Positions 7,894 to 15,490 of a stretch of 47,341 bases of DNA are shown one piece after another. The stretch lies in assembly GCA_009778185.1 (NCBI GenBank), contig WRKG01000296.1, positions 1 to 47,341 on the forward strand. Reading direction: 5' to 3'. The notes beneath the pieces are model-generated. The model searched no databases and was not told where the DNA came from. It saw nothing but the letters and a program-made list of their open reading frames with translations. A program made the translations under genes and the position numbers. Within the stretch, counting starts at the first letter, position 1. Every line of letters starts with the position of its first letter. Source of the DNA: Bacillota bacterium. Lineage in GTDB: Bacteria > Bacillota > Clostridia > Lachnospirales > WQUN01.

Positions 7894-9264
7894 TTAATTT
7901 TGCCTACCGATAATTTGCTCAATTTCGGCGATGTCAACGCTGTAAAAAACGTTGTCGCCAACCACAAATAATGCCGCTCCTCTCGGAGTAAACTCTCCTG
8001 CGGTGCGTTCGGCTTGCAGTTGCTCTTCTATAAAATCGAGATAGGCTTGATAGTTAATGGCAACCTCAAACAGCAGATTTCCGTAAACATCTCTGTGAAT
8101 GCGGTTGACGTTTTGTTGCAAAAATTGGGAAATATCGTTGTCTTCGATGAAAACATTTGCGGTGGAAAATTTCCATTGCTGTAAATCCAGTAAATACAGG
8201 GTTTGATCGTTGAAATTCCAAAATAAAATTAAACCGTTTCCGTCAAAATCAAAGGAATTTCCAATAATATTCGCCGCACCAAGCCGTTGCAACGAAGCAG
8301 GAATGTCAACCTCGATTAGCGAATTGCCCACAATGGCGTACATTAAAATTCTGTTGTGCAGCGTTTGCAAAATTACAAGATTGTCGGTTATGAAAAGTTG
8401 CATAACGGAATCCTCCGCACTGACTTCTGGCATATACAAAGCGTTTTCGATGTCCAAGTTTAGGCGATTGACAAAATTTCCCGCAAAATCGTATTCTTCT
8501 ATGTAGAAATTTCTTGTGCCGTTTTGCGAGATTTCCACGCGGTACAAAAATATGCTCGCATTTTGGACAAAAATATTTGCGATAATTTCGCCAAAGTTGG
8601 TAACGGTGGAAAATTCCCTTGCTATTATAACATTTTCGGAATTTTCCTGCAAGTTGCGGTTGATAATTTGGTAGATAAAAATTTCGCTTTCGTCCTCAAA
8701 AATTGGTTCAAAAATTATCATGTTGTCGCCGTCCACAAAAAAATTTATATAGGAAACTTGCGGCATTTCTCGGATAATTGTTGCTTGACGTTGCGTATTT
8801 TCACCGAGAATCATCGGCGGAACAGCAGAATTTAGCTTGACAATTTTTTGTGTTTCGACAAGTTCGCCTTTTTCGCCAGGTTCACCAAAATTTTCCGAAA
8901 ATACCAACGGAATATAAAAATAATCGTCCGATATTGAAACAGTGGGAAATTGCACAGTTGCGTTTTCGATTGTGTACAATTCGGGCATTCCAAAACCGCC
9001 GAAAATTTCTTCGAACCTGTGAATATTCAACTCGCCAAATTGCGAAGTTCGCTCGTGGGACGACATAAATATATTGCCGTCTATTCCCATGAAAACTACG
9101 GTTGACGGGCTTAGCAAATAGCGGTTTTCGCTTGATAGCGTTATTTTGTGAAGTTCGCTGTTTTGGGTAATTGGAGGATTTTCGGTGGTTGTGCAAGTTG
9201 TTGATAAAAATAATACTAATAGCGAAAATACGATTGACAGTGGTTTTGCAAATTTTTTTGGCAT
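7894..9264 (-). CDS. Hypothetical lipoprotein
   Basis: 456 aa. Signal plus Cys (LFLSTTC). No family recognised. Confidence 0.55.
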   Translation of the reverse strand: MPKKFAKPLSIVFSLLVLFLSTTCTTTENPPITQNSELHKITLSSENRYLLSPSTVVFMGIDGNIFMSSHERTSQFGELNIHRFEEIFGGFGMPELYTIENATVQFPTVSISDDYFYIPLVFSENFGEPGEKGELVETQKIVKLNSAVPPMILGENTQRQATIIREMPQVSYINFFVDGDNMIIFEPIFEDESEIFIYQIINRNLQENSENVIIAREFSTVTNFGEIIANIFVQNASIFLYRVEISQNGTRNFYIEEYDFAGNFVNRLNLDIENALYMPEVSAEDSVMQLFITDNLVILQTLHNRILMYAIVGNSLIEVDIPASLQRLGAANIIGNSFDFDGNGLILFWNFNDQTLYLLDLQQWKFSTANVFIEDNDISQFLQQNVNRIHRDVYGNLLFEVAINYQAYLDFIEEQLQAERTAGEFTPRGAALFVVGDNVFYSVDIAEIEQIIGRQN

Positions 9265-9295
9265 GGTTTTTTCCTGTAATGTTAATAAATTTTTT

Positions 9296-9392
9296 GAAAA
9301 CGGGTGGATTTTGGGAACAACGGGCGAATATTAGGAAAACGGGCGATTTTGGGAAAACGGGCGATGTTGGGAAAACAGGCGATGTTAGGAAA
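9296..9392 (-). repeat. Five degenerate 18-20-nt tandem copies of the REP half-site (GAAAACGGGCGATGTTGG-like)
   Basis: GAAAACGGGTGGATTTTGG / GAACAACGGGCGAATATTAG / GAAAACGGGCGATTTTGG / GAAAACGGGCGATGTTGG / GAAAACAGGCGATGTTAG, running into the REP at 9393. Confidence 0.7.
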
Positions 9393-9417
9393 ACGGGCGG
9401 ATAATATCCGCCCCTAC
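9393..9417 (-). repeat. REP-like hairpin (ACGGGCGGATAATATCCGCCCCTAC), left member of an inverted pair
   Basis: Palindrome GGGCGGATAATATCCGCCC plus CTAC. Read on the minus strand it is hairpin plus T-run downstream of the permease gene. Confidence 0.8.
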
Positions 9418-9428
9418 GGTTGCGGGTT

Positions 9429-9453
9429 GTAGGGGCGGATATTATCCGCCCGT
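9429..9453 (+). repeat. REP-like hairpin (GTAGGGGCGGATATTATCCGCCCGT), right member of the inverted pair
   Basis: BIME-like head-to-head arrangement with an 11-nt spacer. Confidence 0.8.
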
Positions 9454-9668
9454 ATTTTCACGACATTGATTTAATATTTGTTCAACATTTATCCAAAATC
9501 TGTTCAACATCTATCCAAAATTTGTCAAAATCAACCAAAAATCCCAATTTCAAATTACAAATCCCCCAAAAAATCATATGGGCGGATTTTCGGAAACTCC
9601 GCCCAATACAATTTTATGGTTTACGGGCGAAAAATATCTGCCCGTACAAATCTATTGAAATCTCAAAA

Positions 9669-10604
9669 CTACTCTTTAACGCCGCCCAACTGAATACCAT
9701 GCACAAAATAATTTTGCAAGAACGGATAAACAATCAAAATCGGCACAGATGCCACAACCGTAATAGCCGCACGAATAGCTTGCGGAGTTACCATTGTTAT
9801 GCCAACTGCGGCTTGCGCTGCCATTGCTCCAGGAGCGGCTTGTCCCGCTTGCATTGCCGAGGCAAGCAACCGTTGCAGCTCAAATTGCAAAACGGATAAA
9901 TGTTGCGCACCAATATTGAAAATAAACGTATCAAACCAAGTGTTCCAAGCGCCAACGGCTACGAAAAGGGCGATTGTCGCCAAAGTTGGCTTACACAACG
10001 GCATGATAATTTGTGCATAAATGCGGAAATCACTTGCACCGTCCAGCCGCGCCGATTCTACCAGCGATTCCGAAACGCTCTTCATGTATGTGCGGATAAT
10101 AATTAGGTTAAACGCCGAAATCATGGTTGGCACCCAATAAACCGCAAACGTGTTTATCATTCCCAAATTTTGAATTAACAAGAAATACGGGATAAGTCCA
10201 ACGTTGAGATACATTGTAATAACGAAAACTATCGAGATAGGCTTTCTCAAAATAAATTCTGGTCGGCTTAATGCAAACGCCAACATTGACGTTACGAGAA
10301 TGTTCGTAACAACCTGCACAACAGTGCGGTAAACAGACATCCAAAACGCCGCAAAAATTGTGTGCATTCCCAAAACAGTTTGGAAATTTTGCAAAGTAAA
10401 TTGTCGTGGCCAAATATGGATTCCGCCACGAATTGTGTCAAGCCCTTCGTTAAAGGCGATTGCAACCGTGTTTAACATTGGGAACATCATTATAATGCAC
10501 AAAATAGCCAAGAAAAAATAATTTATCGAGTGGAAGATGATTGGCTCTAGTGAAACTACTTTTTTGCCTACTTTTGCATTTTTAGTGGTACTTAAACTCG
10601 CCAT
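9669..10604 (-). CDS. Carbohydrate ABC transporter permease (LplC-type)
   Basis: 311 aa. EAA loop ESARLDGASDFRIYAQIIMPLCKP. Confidence 0.85.
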   Translation of the reverse strand: MASLSTTKNAKVGKKVVSLEPIIFHSINYFFLAILCIIMMFPMLNTVAIAFNEGLDTIRGGIHIWPRQFTLQNFQTVLGMHTIFAAFWMSVYRTVVQVVTNILVTSMLAFALSRPEFILRKPISIVFVITMYLNVGLIPYFLLIQNLGMINTFAVYWVPTMISAFNLIIIRTYMKSVSESLVESARLDGASDFRIYAQIIMPLCKPTLATIALFVAVGAWNTWFDTFIFNIGAQHLSVLQFELQRLLASAMQAGQAAPGAMAAQAAVGITMVTPQAIRAAITVVASVPILIVYPFLQNYFVHGIQLGGVKE

Positions 10605-10616
10605 AATTCTTCCTCC

Positions 10617-11606
10617 TTAAAATAGTGTTTCTTGACCAAGCAATTTTGCAATAAAGTTAGCGGCGGTCAACATAAGAATCGCCACGCCAGTACGCAAAAT
10701 GCCCGCTGCAGTTGCCAAACCAAAGTTGTTCATTTCAAGACCATAACGCAAAACGAAAATGTCGATATTTTCGGAACGTGTGATATTTACGCCGTGTCCC
10801 AAGAACCATTGAATTTCAAAGCCGCTAGTGAGCAGCCAGCCGACGTTCATAATAAGCAAAATTACGATTGTCGAGCGAATGCTAGGCAACGTAACGTGCC
10901 AAGCCTTGTGATAGCGGTTAGCGCCGTCAATAGATGCCGCCTCGTACAGCGCGGGATCGATTGCCGTCATTGCCGCCATGTAGATAATCGTGTTCCAACC
11001 GAGATTTTTCCACAACATACTGCCAGCTACAATTCCCCAAAAATAATTGGGATTAGCCAAAAAGTGGATAGGCTCGTGGATAATGCCGACAGCGAGTAAT
11101 GCGTTATTGATAAACCCGCCAGAATCGGGCAAAGCAAGTGCGGTCGAAACCAAACCTGCAACGATAACCCAACTTAAAAAGTGGGGCAAATACAAAAAGT
11201 TTTGGATAATGCGTTTTACGCCAATTTGCCGCACTTCGTTAAGCATTAACGAAAGCAAAATTGTAAAGAAAAATCCTAACGCAAGCGAAAGAATACTTTG
11301 CCCTAAAGTGTTGACAACGGCTCGCATAAAGCGTTGTCCGATAAGGGCGCTTGTGTCTAACAGCGTGATAAAGTGTCCAAAGCCAACCCACTCGCTAGTT
11401 GCAACCTGCTGAAAAATGTTTGCACCAACCCGTGGGCGAAAGTTTTGAAACGCCATAACCCAGCCTAATAAAGGCACATAGGCAAATACGATAATATACA
11501 AAAACATTGGCACGCTCATCATTAGCAGTTGCCATTGTGCAAGTATTGCCTTAAGTTTGCCGCCTTTTTTTTCTTGTTTGTTGCTTTTTGTTGTTACTGC
11601 ACTCAT
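10617..11606 (-). CDS. Carbohydrate ABC transporter permease (LplB-type)
   Basis: EAA loop EAASIDGANRYHKAWHVTLPSIRS. Start moved to ATG 11606 (MSAVTTK) because AAAGGTGG at 11614-11621 is its RBS. Confidence 0.85.
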   Translation of the reverse strand: MSAVTTKSNKQEKKGGKLKAILAQWQLLMMSVPMFLYIIVFAYVPLLGWVMAFQNFRPRVGANIFQQVATSEWVGFGHFITLLDTSALIGQRFMRAVVNTLGQSILSLALGFFFTILLSLMLNEVRQIGVKRIIQNFLYLPHFLSWVIVAGLVSTALALPDSGGFINNALLAVGIIHEPIHFLANPNYFWGIVAGSMLWKNLGWNTIIYMAAMTAIDPALYEAASIDGANRYHKAWHVTLPSIRSTIVILLIMNVGWLLTSGFEIQWFLGHGVNITRSENIDIFVLRYGLEMNNFGLATAAGILRTGVAILMLTAANFIAKLLGQETLF

Positions 11607-11616
11607 AAAAATACCA

Positions 11617-11634
11617 CCTTTCAATAGGTATAAA
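11617..11634 (-). repeat. 18-nt leader repeat (minus strand TTTATACCTATTGAAAGG), copy 1, upstream of the LplB-type permease
   Basis: Identical to 13030-13047. Similarity extends to about 28 nt with 1 mismatch and 1 indel. Confidence 0.75.
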
Positions 11635-11681
11635 GGCTAGGCTACCCGTTTTTCGAGTATTTAAGCCAAACTAGGTTATTT

Positions 11682-13019
11682 TTAATGTAACGTTAATCCC
11701 AATGTGTTCAATATTAAATCTGCTCTTACGTACCAACCGATATTAGGATTAGCTTCATTCCGAGCAACTATCATTCCAGAAACAGGATGCGTACTTCCAG
11801 CGGATTCAGTGTAAACAAGTCCTCCGCTATCGCCTTGTTGAACAGTCCTAGAAAAGGTAACAGGTACTGCAAGAATGGTAACACCATGTATATTTATATT
11901 GCTACCCAAAGAATTTATTCTTCCCACGTTAATCCCAGACCGTGATAAACTAACAACTGCATTCCCTACCACTGGTGTAGCAACGAATGTTCCTAGTGAG
12001 CCAGAAGGTAACCAATTAGTAACCGAAGCACCTGAAAGCGTTACAAACGCAGCATCTCGTATATGAGATATGTCAGTGGCACTTTGTATCAAACCCACAA
12101 GCTGAGTAGTAGTATTACCAGCATATACCCTAGTGTTTGAGGTGAAAAAACTTCCTCCTGAATGTGCTGCTGTAACAAAACCATTTACACTACCTCTTCT
12201 AGCTCTAAACCCTAGTGATCTGGTGCCACTTGATGTAGAGATAGAATTTCCAGAATTTAGCTGTACATTAAGTGGAGAAATGATGTTTTCGTCTTCGTTG
12301 TAAAATTCTGATTCTTGAGGAATTAACTCGTAATCTTCTTCGTCGTAAAATATGAAATCTTCAGGTATAAAGTCAGGTATTGGTTCAACCGTAAAGGTTG
12401 ATTCAACAAAATGTAGCGTAGGCGAGTCTAAAACAGTAGACCTAAACAACTCAATTTGCTCTGGAGTATATTCGTGTAGATAAATAACTACTCTATTTTG
12501 AATAATGTCCAAAGAAAATACATTTGCTATACTAAAAACCCTCTGAACATCTGCAGCAGCAATTCGTTGAATGTACTCCATATCAGCGACAAGTTCGTTG
12601 TAAGAAAATTCCACAAATCTAAAAAGCGAGCCTAATTCAGAAAATGTGCGAGCGTTAAAAGAATCGGTAAAAGTATCGGTTTCTACGAGCAAAGTAACTA
12701 ATATACCAGCATCATTGATATATACTCCACCAAAAAAATCGGGGTGTACTGTTTCTCCTGCTCTATTTTGCGGGAAAGTTGCCATTATTTCGTCATGAAT
12801 TTTTAGCGATTCGTTTTGGTTTTGCATAAATTCCACTCCAAACGCTTCAACAAGGTAATTTTGGACATCTGCCAAAAAATCCTCATTTTGGAAATAGTCT
12901 TCGGGAAAAATCACGTTATCGTATTCCGCCGAAACAGTAGACATCATTGCTAAGTTAAAAATCATTGTAAATGATAATAAAATCGCAATAAATTTACTTT
13001 TTGTTAAGTTTGTATTCAT
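11682..13019 (-). CDS. Secreted S1-family serine protease (alpha-lytic/streptogrisin-like) with N-terminal pro-region
   Basis: NGFVTAAHSGG (His) and QQGDSGGLVY (Ser). Signal/TM FIAILLSFTMIFNLAMMSTVSA. Start set to ATG 13019 with GGGGG RBS. Confidence 0.8.
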   Translation of the reverse strand: MNTNLTKSKFIAILLSFTMIFNLAMMSTVSAEYDNVIFPEDYFQNEDFLADVQNYLVEAFGVEFMQNQNESLKIHDEIMATFPQNRAGETVHPDFFGGVYINDAGILVTLLVETDTFTDSFNARTFSELGSLFRFVEFSYNELVADMEYIQRIAAADVQRVFSIANVFSLDIIQNRVVIYLHEYTPEQIELFRSTVLDSPTLHFVESTFTVEPIPDFIPEDFIFYDEEDYELIPQESEFYNEDENIISPLNVQLNSGNSISTSSGTRSLGFRARRGSVNGFVTAAHSGGSFFTSNTRVYAGNTTTQLVGLIQSATDISHIRDAAFVTLSGASVTNWLPSGSLGTFVATPVVGNAVVSLSRSGINVGRINSLGSNINIHGVTILAVPVTFSRTVQQGDSGGLVYTESAGSTHPVSGMIVARNEANPNIGWYVRADLILNTLGLTLH

Positions 13020-13029
13020 TTGATTACCC

Positions 13030-13047
13030 CCTTTCAATAGGTATAAA
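13030..13047 (-). repeat. 18-nt leader repeat, copy 2, upstream of the protease gene
   Basis: Identical to 11617-11634. Confidence 0.75.
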
Positions 13048-13160
13048 AGGTTGGGATTTTTTAGGTCGATTTCACATTTCAAACCATAAAAACCTCAAAA
13101 TCAACCATAAAAATCCCAACCCAGCTAGGTTATAAAATTCATAAAACTGAAATTTACCGA

Positions 13161-14912
13161 TTAGTTACCAAACAAAGCAATACGCTCTTGTATACCTTCG
13201 GTGATAACAGCCTCAAAAGCGGCAACATCGATTAGGTCAAATTGAGCAATATAGGCTGCCCAGTTTGCATCAAATTGGTCTACAGGACCCATTATAGCAG
13301 GTGGTAAAAATTGCATAGCGGCATCGTCCATTTGGGAGGCTGCAACTTGTGCTGCAGATCCGTCTGGAGGAGAAATTTGCCATGCTGGGAAGTAAGGTGG
13401 GTTATCTGGCGGATCGTTAAGGAATTCGCGCCAAGTGTTTTTGCCCATTTGCTCTAGGAAGAAACGGTTGTAATCGCTAAGTCCAACTTGGAACTCTTCA
13501 GGTTGGTCGCCAGGCGAGAAAGCGTTTCCATCTGGCAATGTACCTTGAATTTTAGGAAGTTGGTCAAACAAAGCCATTAAACGGTTGCTTGTACGCCAGT
13601 TAAGATCGTTAGCGTTTGCACGTTGCTCGTCGTTGCGGTAGAATCTGCCATTTGCGTCAACAAAGTAGTCGATTCCTTCTTCGCCCCAGCTAAGGATAAT
13701 TTGCCATTCTGGGCTAATCAAAGTTTCAAGGAAAGTCATTAACATTTCGGGATCTTCAGCATTAACGCCGATTCCGAAACCTTGGTTAATGTTCATAACA
13801 TCACGGTCAGCGTACCAAGGCTCGATGCCGTCAAATGTAGGCACAGTAGCAAACCAAGTGCGTTCAAATTGCTCGTTGGCAACCAAAGCGTCGTAAGCAA
13901 CGCCAAATCCCCAACGTTGATCGTGCATTCCCAAAACACGACCAGATGCTAATTTAGCAAAATATTGGTCAAGTGTTTGAGTAAAAGTTTCGGGATCAAG
14001 CAATCCGCGAGCGTTTACATCGTTAAGAATGCGGAAGTAACGCTCTGCCCATTCACTGTTTGCGTAAATTTGGGCTTGTCCGTCAAATACCATAACACCG
14101 CCGTTGTTGGGGTGTCCTGCAAGGAATAACGGAGGATTAAGCAATCCCCAAATACGTCCAGAAACTGGGAAAGTAAAGCCGATAGTAGGCATTCCGTCGA
14201 TTGTTGGATTTGCAAGCATATATTCTTCAATCATGTCGAAGTAGCGGTATAAATCCAAGTTATCCATGTTAGGAAAGCCGTGCCATTCAGCAACAGCCTT
14301 TTGCATCCAAAAAGCTGTTCCCCACCAAGTTGGGCCCATTATAGGAGGATCGCCGTAAAAACGGTTGTAGTTAGGAAATTGATAGAAACCGTCTTCAACG
14401 CCGCCGCCGTTCCAGGAAAGGCGAGTTCTGTAAGGAGCGATATGTTGGTAGAGAAGTGGGAAGTCGCCGCTATCAAGGAAAGGATCGAGACGGAGCAAAG
14501 CACCGCCTTGCACAAGACGAGCCTGTGCATCGGTCGAGCCGACTAATTCTGGGATGTCGCCGCCAGCTAGCATAACGCCGACTTGTTGATCTTGCTGTTC
14601 GGGAGTAACCAACATATAGTTGATAGTAACGCCCAATCTGTCCGCTAATAAAGCGGAGATTCTGTTATCGGGAGCAGGAGCCATTTCTTGAGTAACAATC
14701 CAAGCGTTGATAGTGCGAGGGTTGTCAGGAGAAAGAACAGCACCGCCGCCAGCAGCTCCAGTATCGGTAGTAGCGGCAGTTCCGCCAGTTGCACCACCAG
14801 CAGCGCCAGTGCCAGCACCAGCCGCAGGAGCGTCATCTTGTCCGCAAGCGGTAATAACCAACGCCAAAGTAGCGATTGCGGCAAGGATAAAAATTTTCTT
14901 TAGATTTTTCAC
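13161..14912 (-). CDS. Extracellular solute-binding lipoprotein (LplA-type, large SBP)
   Basis: About 583 aa. Lipobox VITACGQ with Ala/Gly/Thr linker. Start set to GTG 14912 with GGAGGTG RBS at 14917-14923. Confidence 0.75.
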   Translation of the reverse strand: MKNLKKIFILAAIATLALVITACGQDDAPAAGAGTGAAGGATGGTAATTDTGAAGGGAVLSPDNPRTINAWIVTQEMAPAPDNRISALLADRLGVTINYMLVTPEQQDQQVGVMLAGGDIPELVGSTDAQARLVQGGALLRLDPFLDSGDFPLLYQHIAPYRTRLSWNGGGVEDGFYQFPNYNRFYGDPPIMGPTWWGTAFWMQKAVAEWHGFPNMDNLDLYRYFDMIEEYMLANPTIDGMPTIGFTFPVSGRIWGLLNPPLFLAGHPNNGGVMVFDGQAQIYANSEWAERYFRILNDVNARGLLDPETFTQTLDQYFAKLASGRVLGMHDQRWGFGVAYDALVANEQFERTWFATVPTFDGIEPWYADRDVMNINQGFGIGVNAEDPEMLMTFLETLISPEWQIILSWGEEGIDYFVDANGRFYRNDEQRANANDLNWRTSNRLMALFDQLPKIQGTLPDGNAFSPGDQPEEFQVGLSDYNRFFLEQMGKNTWREFLNDPPDNPPYFPAWQISPPDGSAAQVAASQMDDAAMQFLPPAIMGPVDQFDANWAAYIAQFDLIDVAAFEAVITEGIQERIALFGN

Positions 14913-15037
14913 ATTGCACCTCCATGGCAATTTGCACGAACGGGATTGTGGGCTTTTGTGGAATATGACAGTTGCGAAATCGGGAAAGCGGTGGAAAGTA
15001 GGGCAAAAAAGCGATAAATCCGTTCTAGCAGTAAATA

Positions 15038-15056
15038 ATCACGTGTTTACATTATA
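15038..15056 (-). promoter_or_regulatory. -10 TATAAT of ABC operon 2 with adjacent operator-like ATCACGTGTTTA
   Basis: 12-mer at 15038-15049 is identical to 3812-3823. TATAAT (minus strand) at 15051-15056; weak -35 TTTATC. Confidence 0.4.
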
Positions 15057-15320
15057 CGTGAAGTGATAAATTGGATAAATTTAACAAGCATGAAAAATTT
15101 TTTAGGGTAAAATGGATAGCTGTTGTGAAAATTCACATGGTTTGCTAAAAAATATCTGTTAATATTGTATATTATAAACAAGGGATTTTTATTTGTCAAG
15201 TGGTTTGGGAAATTTTTTTTGTAAATATTTTTATGTTTTTTTATAATTGAGATGTTTTAATTGTAATAAATAACTACAAGCCTGTCAACAGCATGAGAAA
15301 TTGCACCGTTCACGGAATAC

Positions 15321-15343
15321 GAGCGAATAATATCCGCCCCTAC
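15321..15343 (-). repeat. Decayed REP copy (GAGCGAATAATATCCGCCCCTAC) with conserved head CTACAAAACATCTAAAATTT
   Basis: The right arm and flank match 45931-45955 and 46025-46050. The left arm is mutated. Confidence 0.6.
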
Positions 15344-15414
15344 AAAACATCTAAAATTTGAATATCAAATATCAGCAAAAAAACCCCCAACAAAATCCCA
15401 AAAATAAAAATCCC

Positions 15415-15442
15415 TTGACAAACCCAACTCAACTATTATAAA
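15415..15442 (+). promoter_or_regulatory. Promoter TTGACA-16-TATAAA upstream of the FtsX-type permease
   Basis: -35 at 15415-15420 and -10 at 15437-15442. Confidence 0.4.
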
Positions 15443-15490
15443 ATAATAAAATACCAAATTTTACCATTTTTTAAGCAAGGAGAAAATTTT

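Noticed and set aside
9171-9899. ORFs 9171..9404 (KTGDFGKTGDVGKTGDVRKTGG) and 9420..9899 (VGADIIRPY...).
   Set aside because: They are translations of the REP half-site array, the REP hairpins and the antisense strand of the permease gene. The peptide motif ADIIRPY recurs wherever a REP is translated (34000s, 45300s, 46100s).
14645-15066. Alternative-frame ORFs (14645..14884, 14688..14903, 14707..15066) over the 5' end of the LplA-type SBP gene.
   Set aside because: They arise from the GC-rich Ala/Gly/Thr linker codons of the lipoprotein. The SBP frame has the signal peptide, lipobox and RBS.
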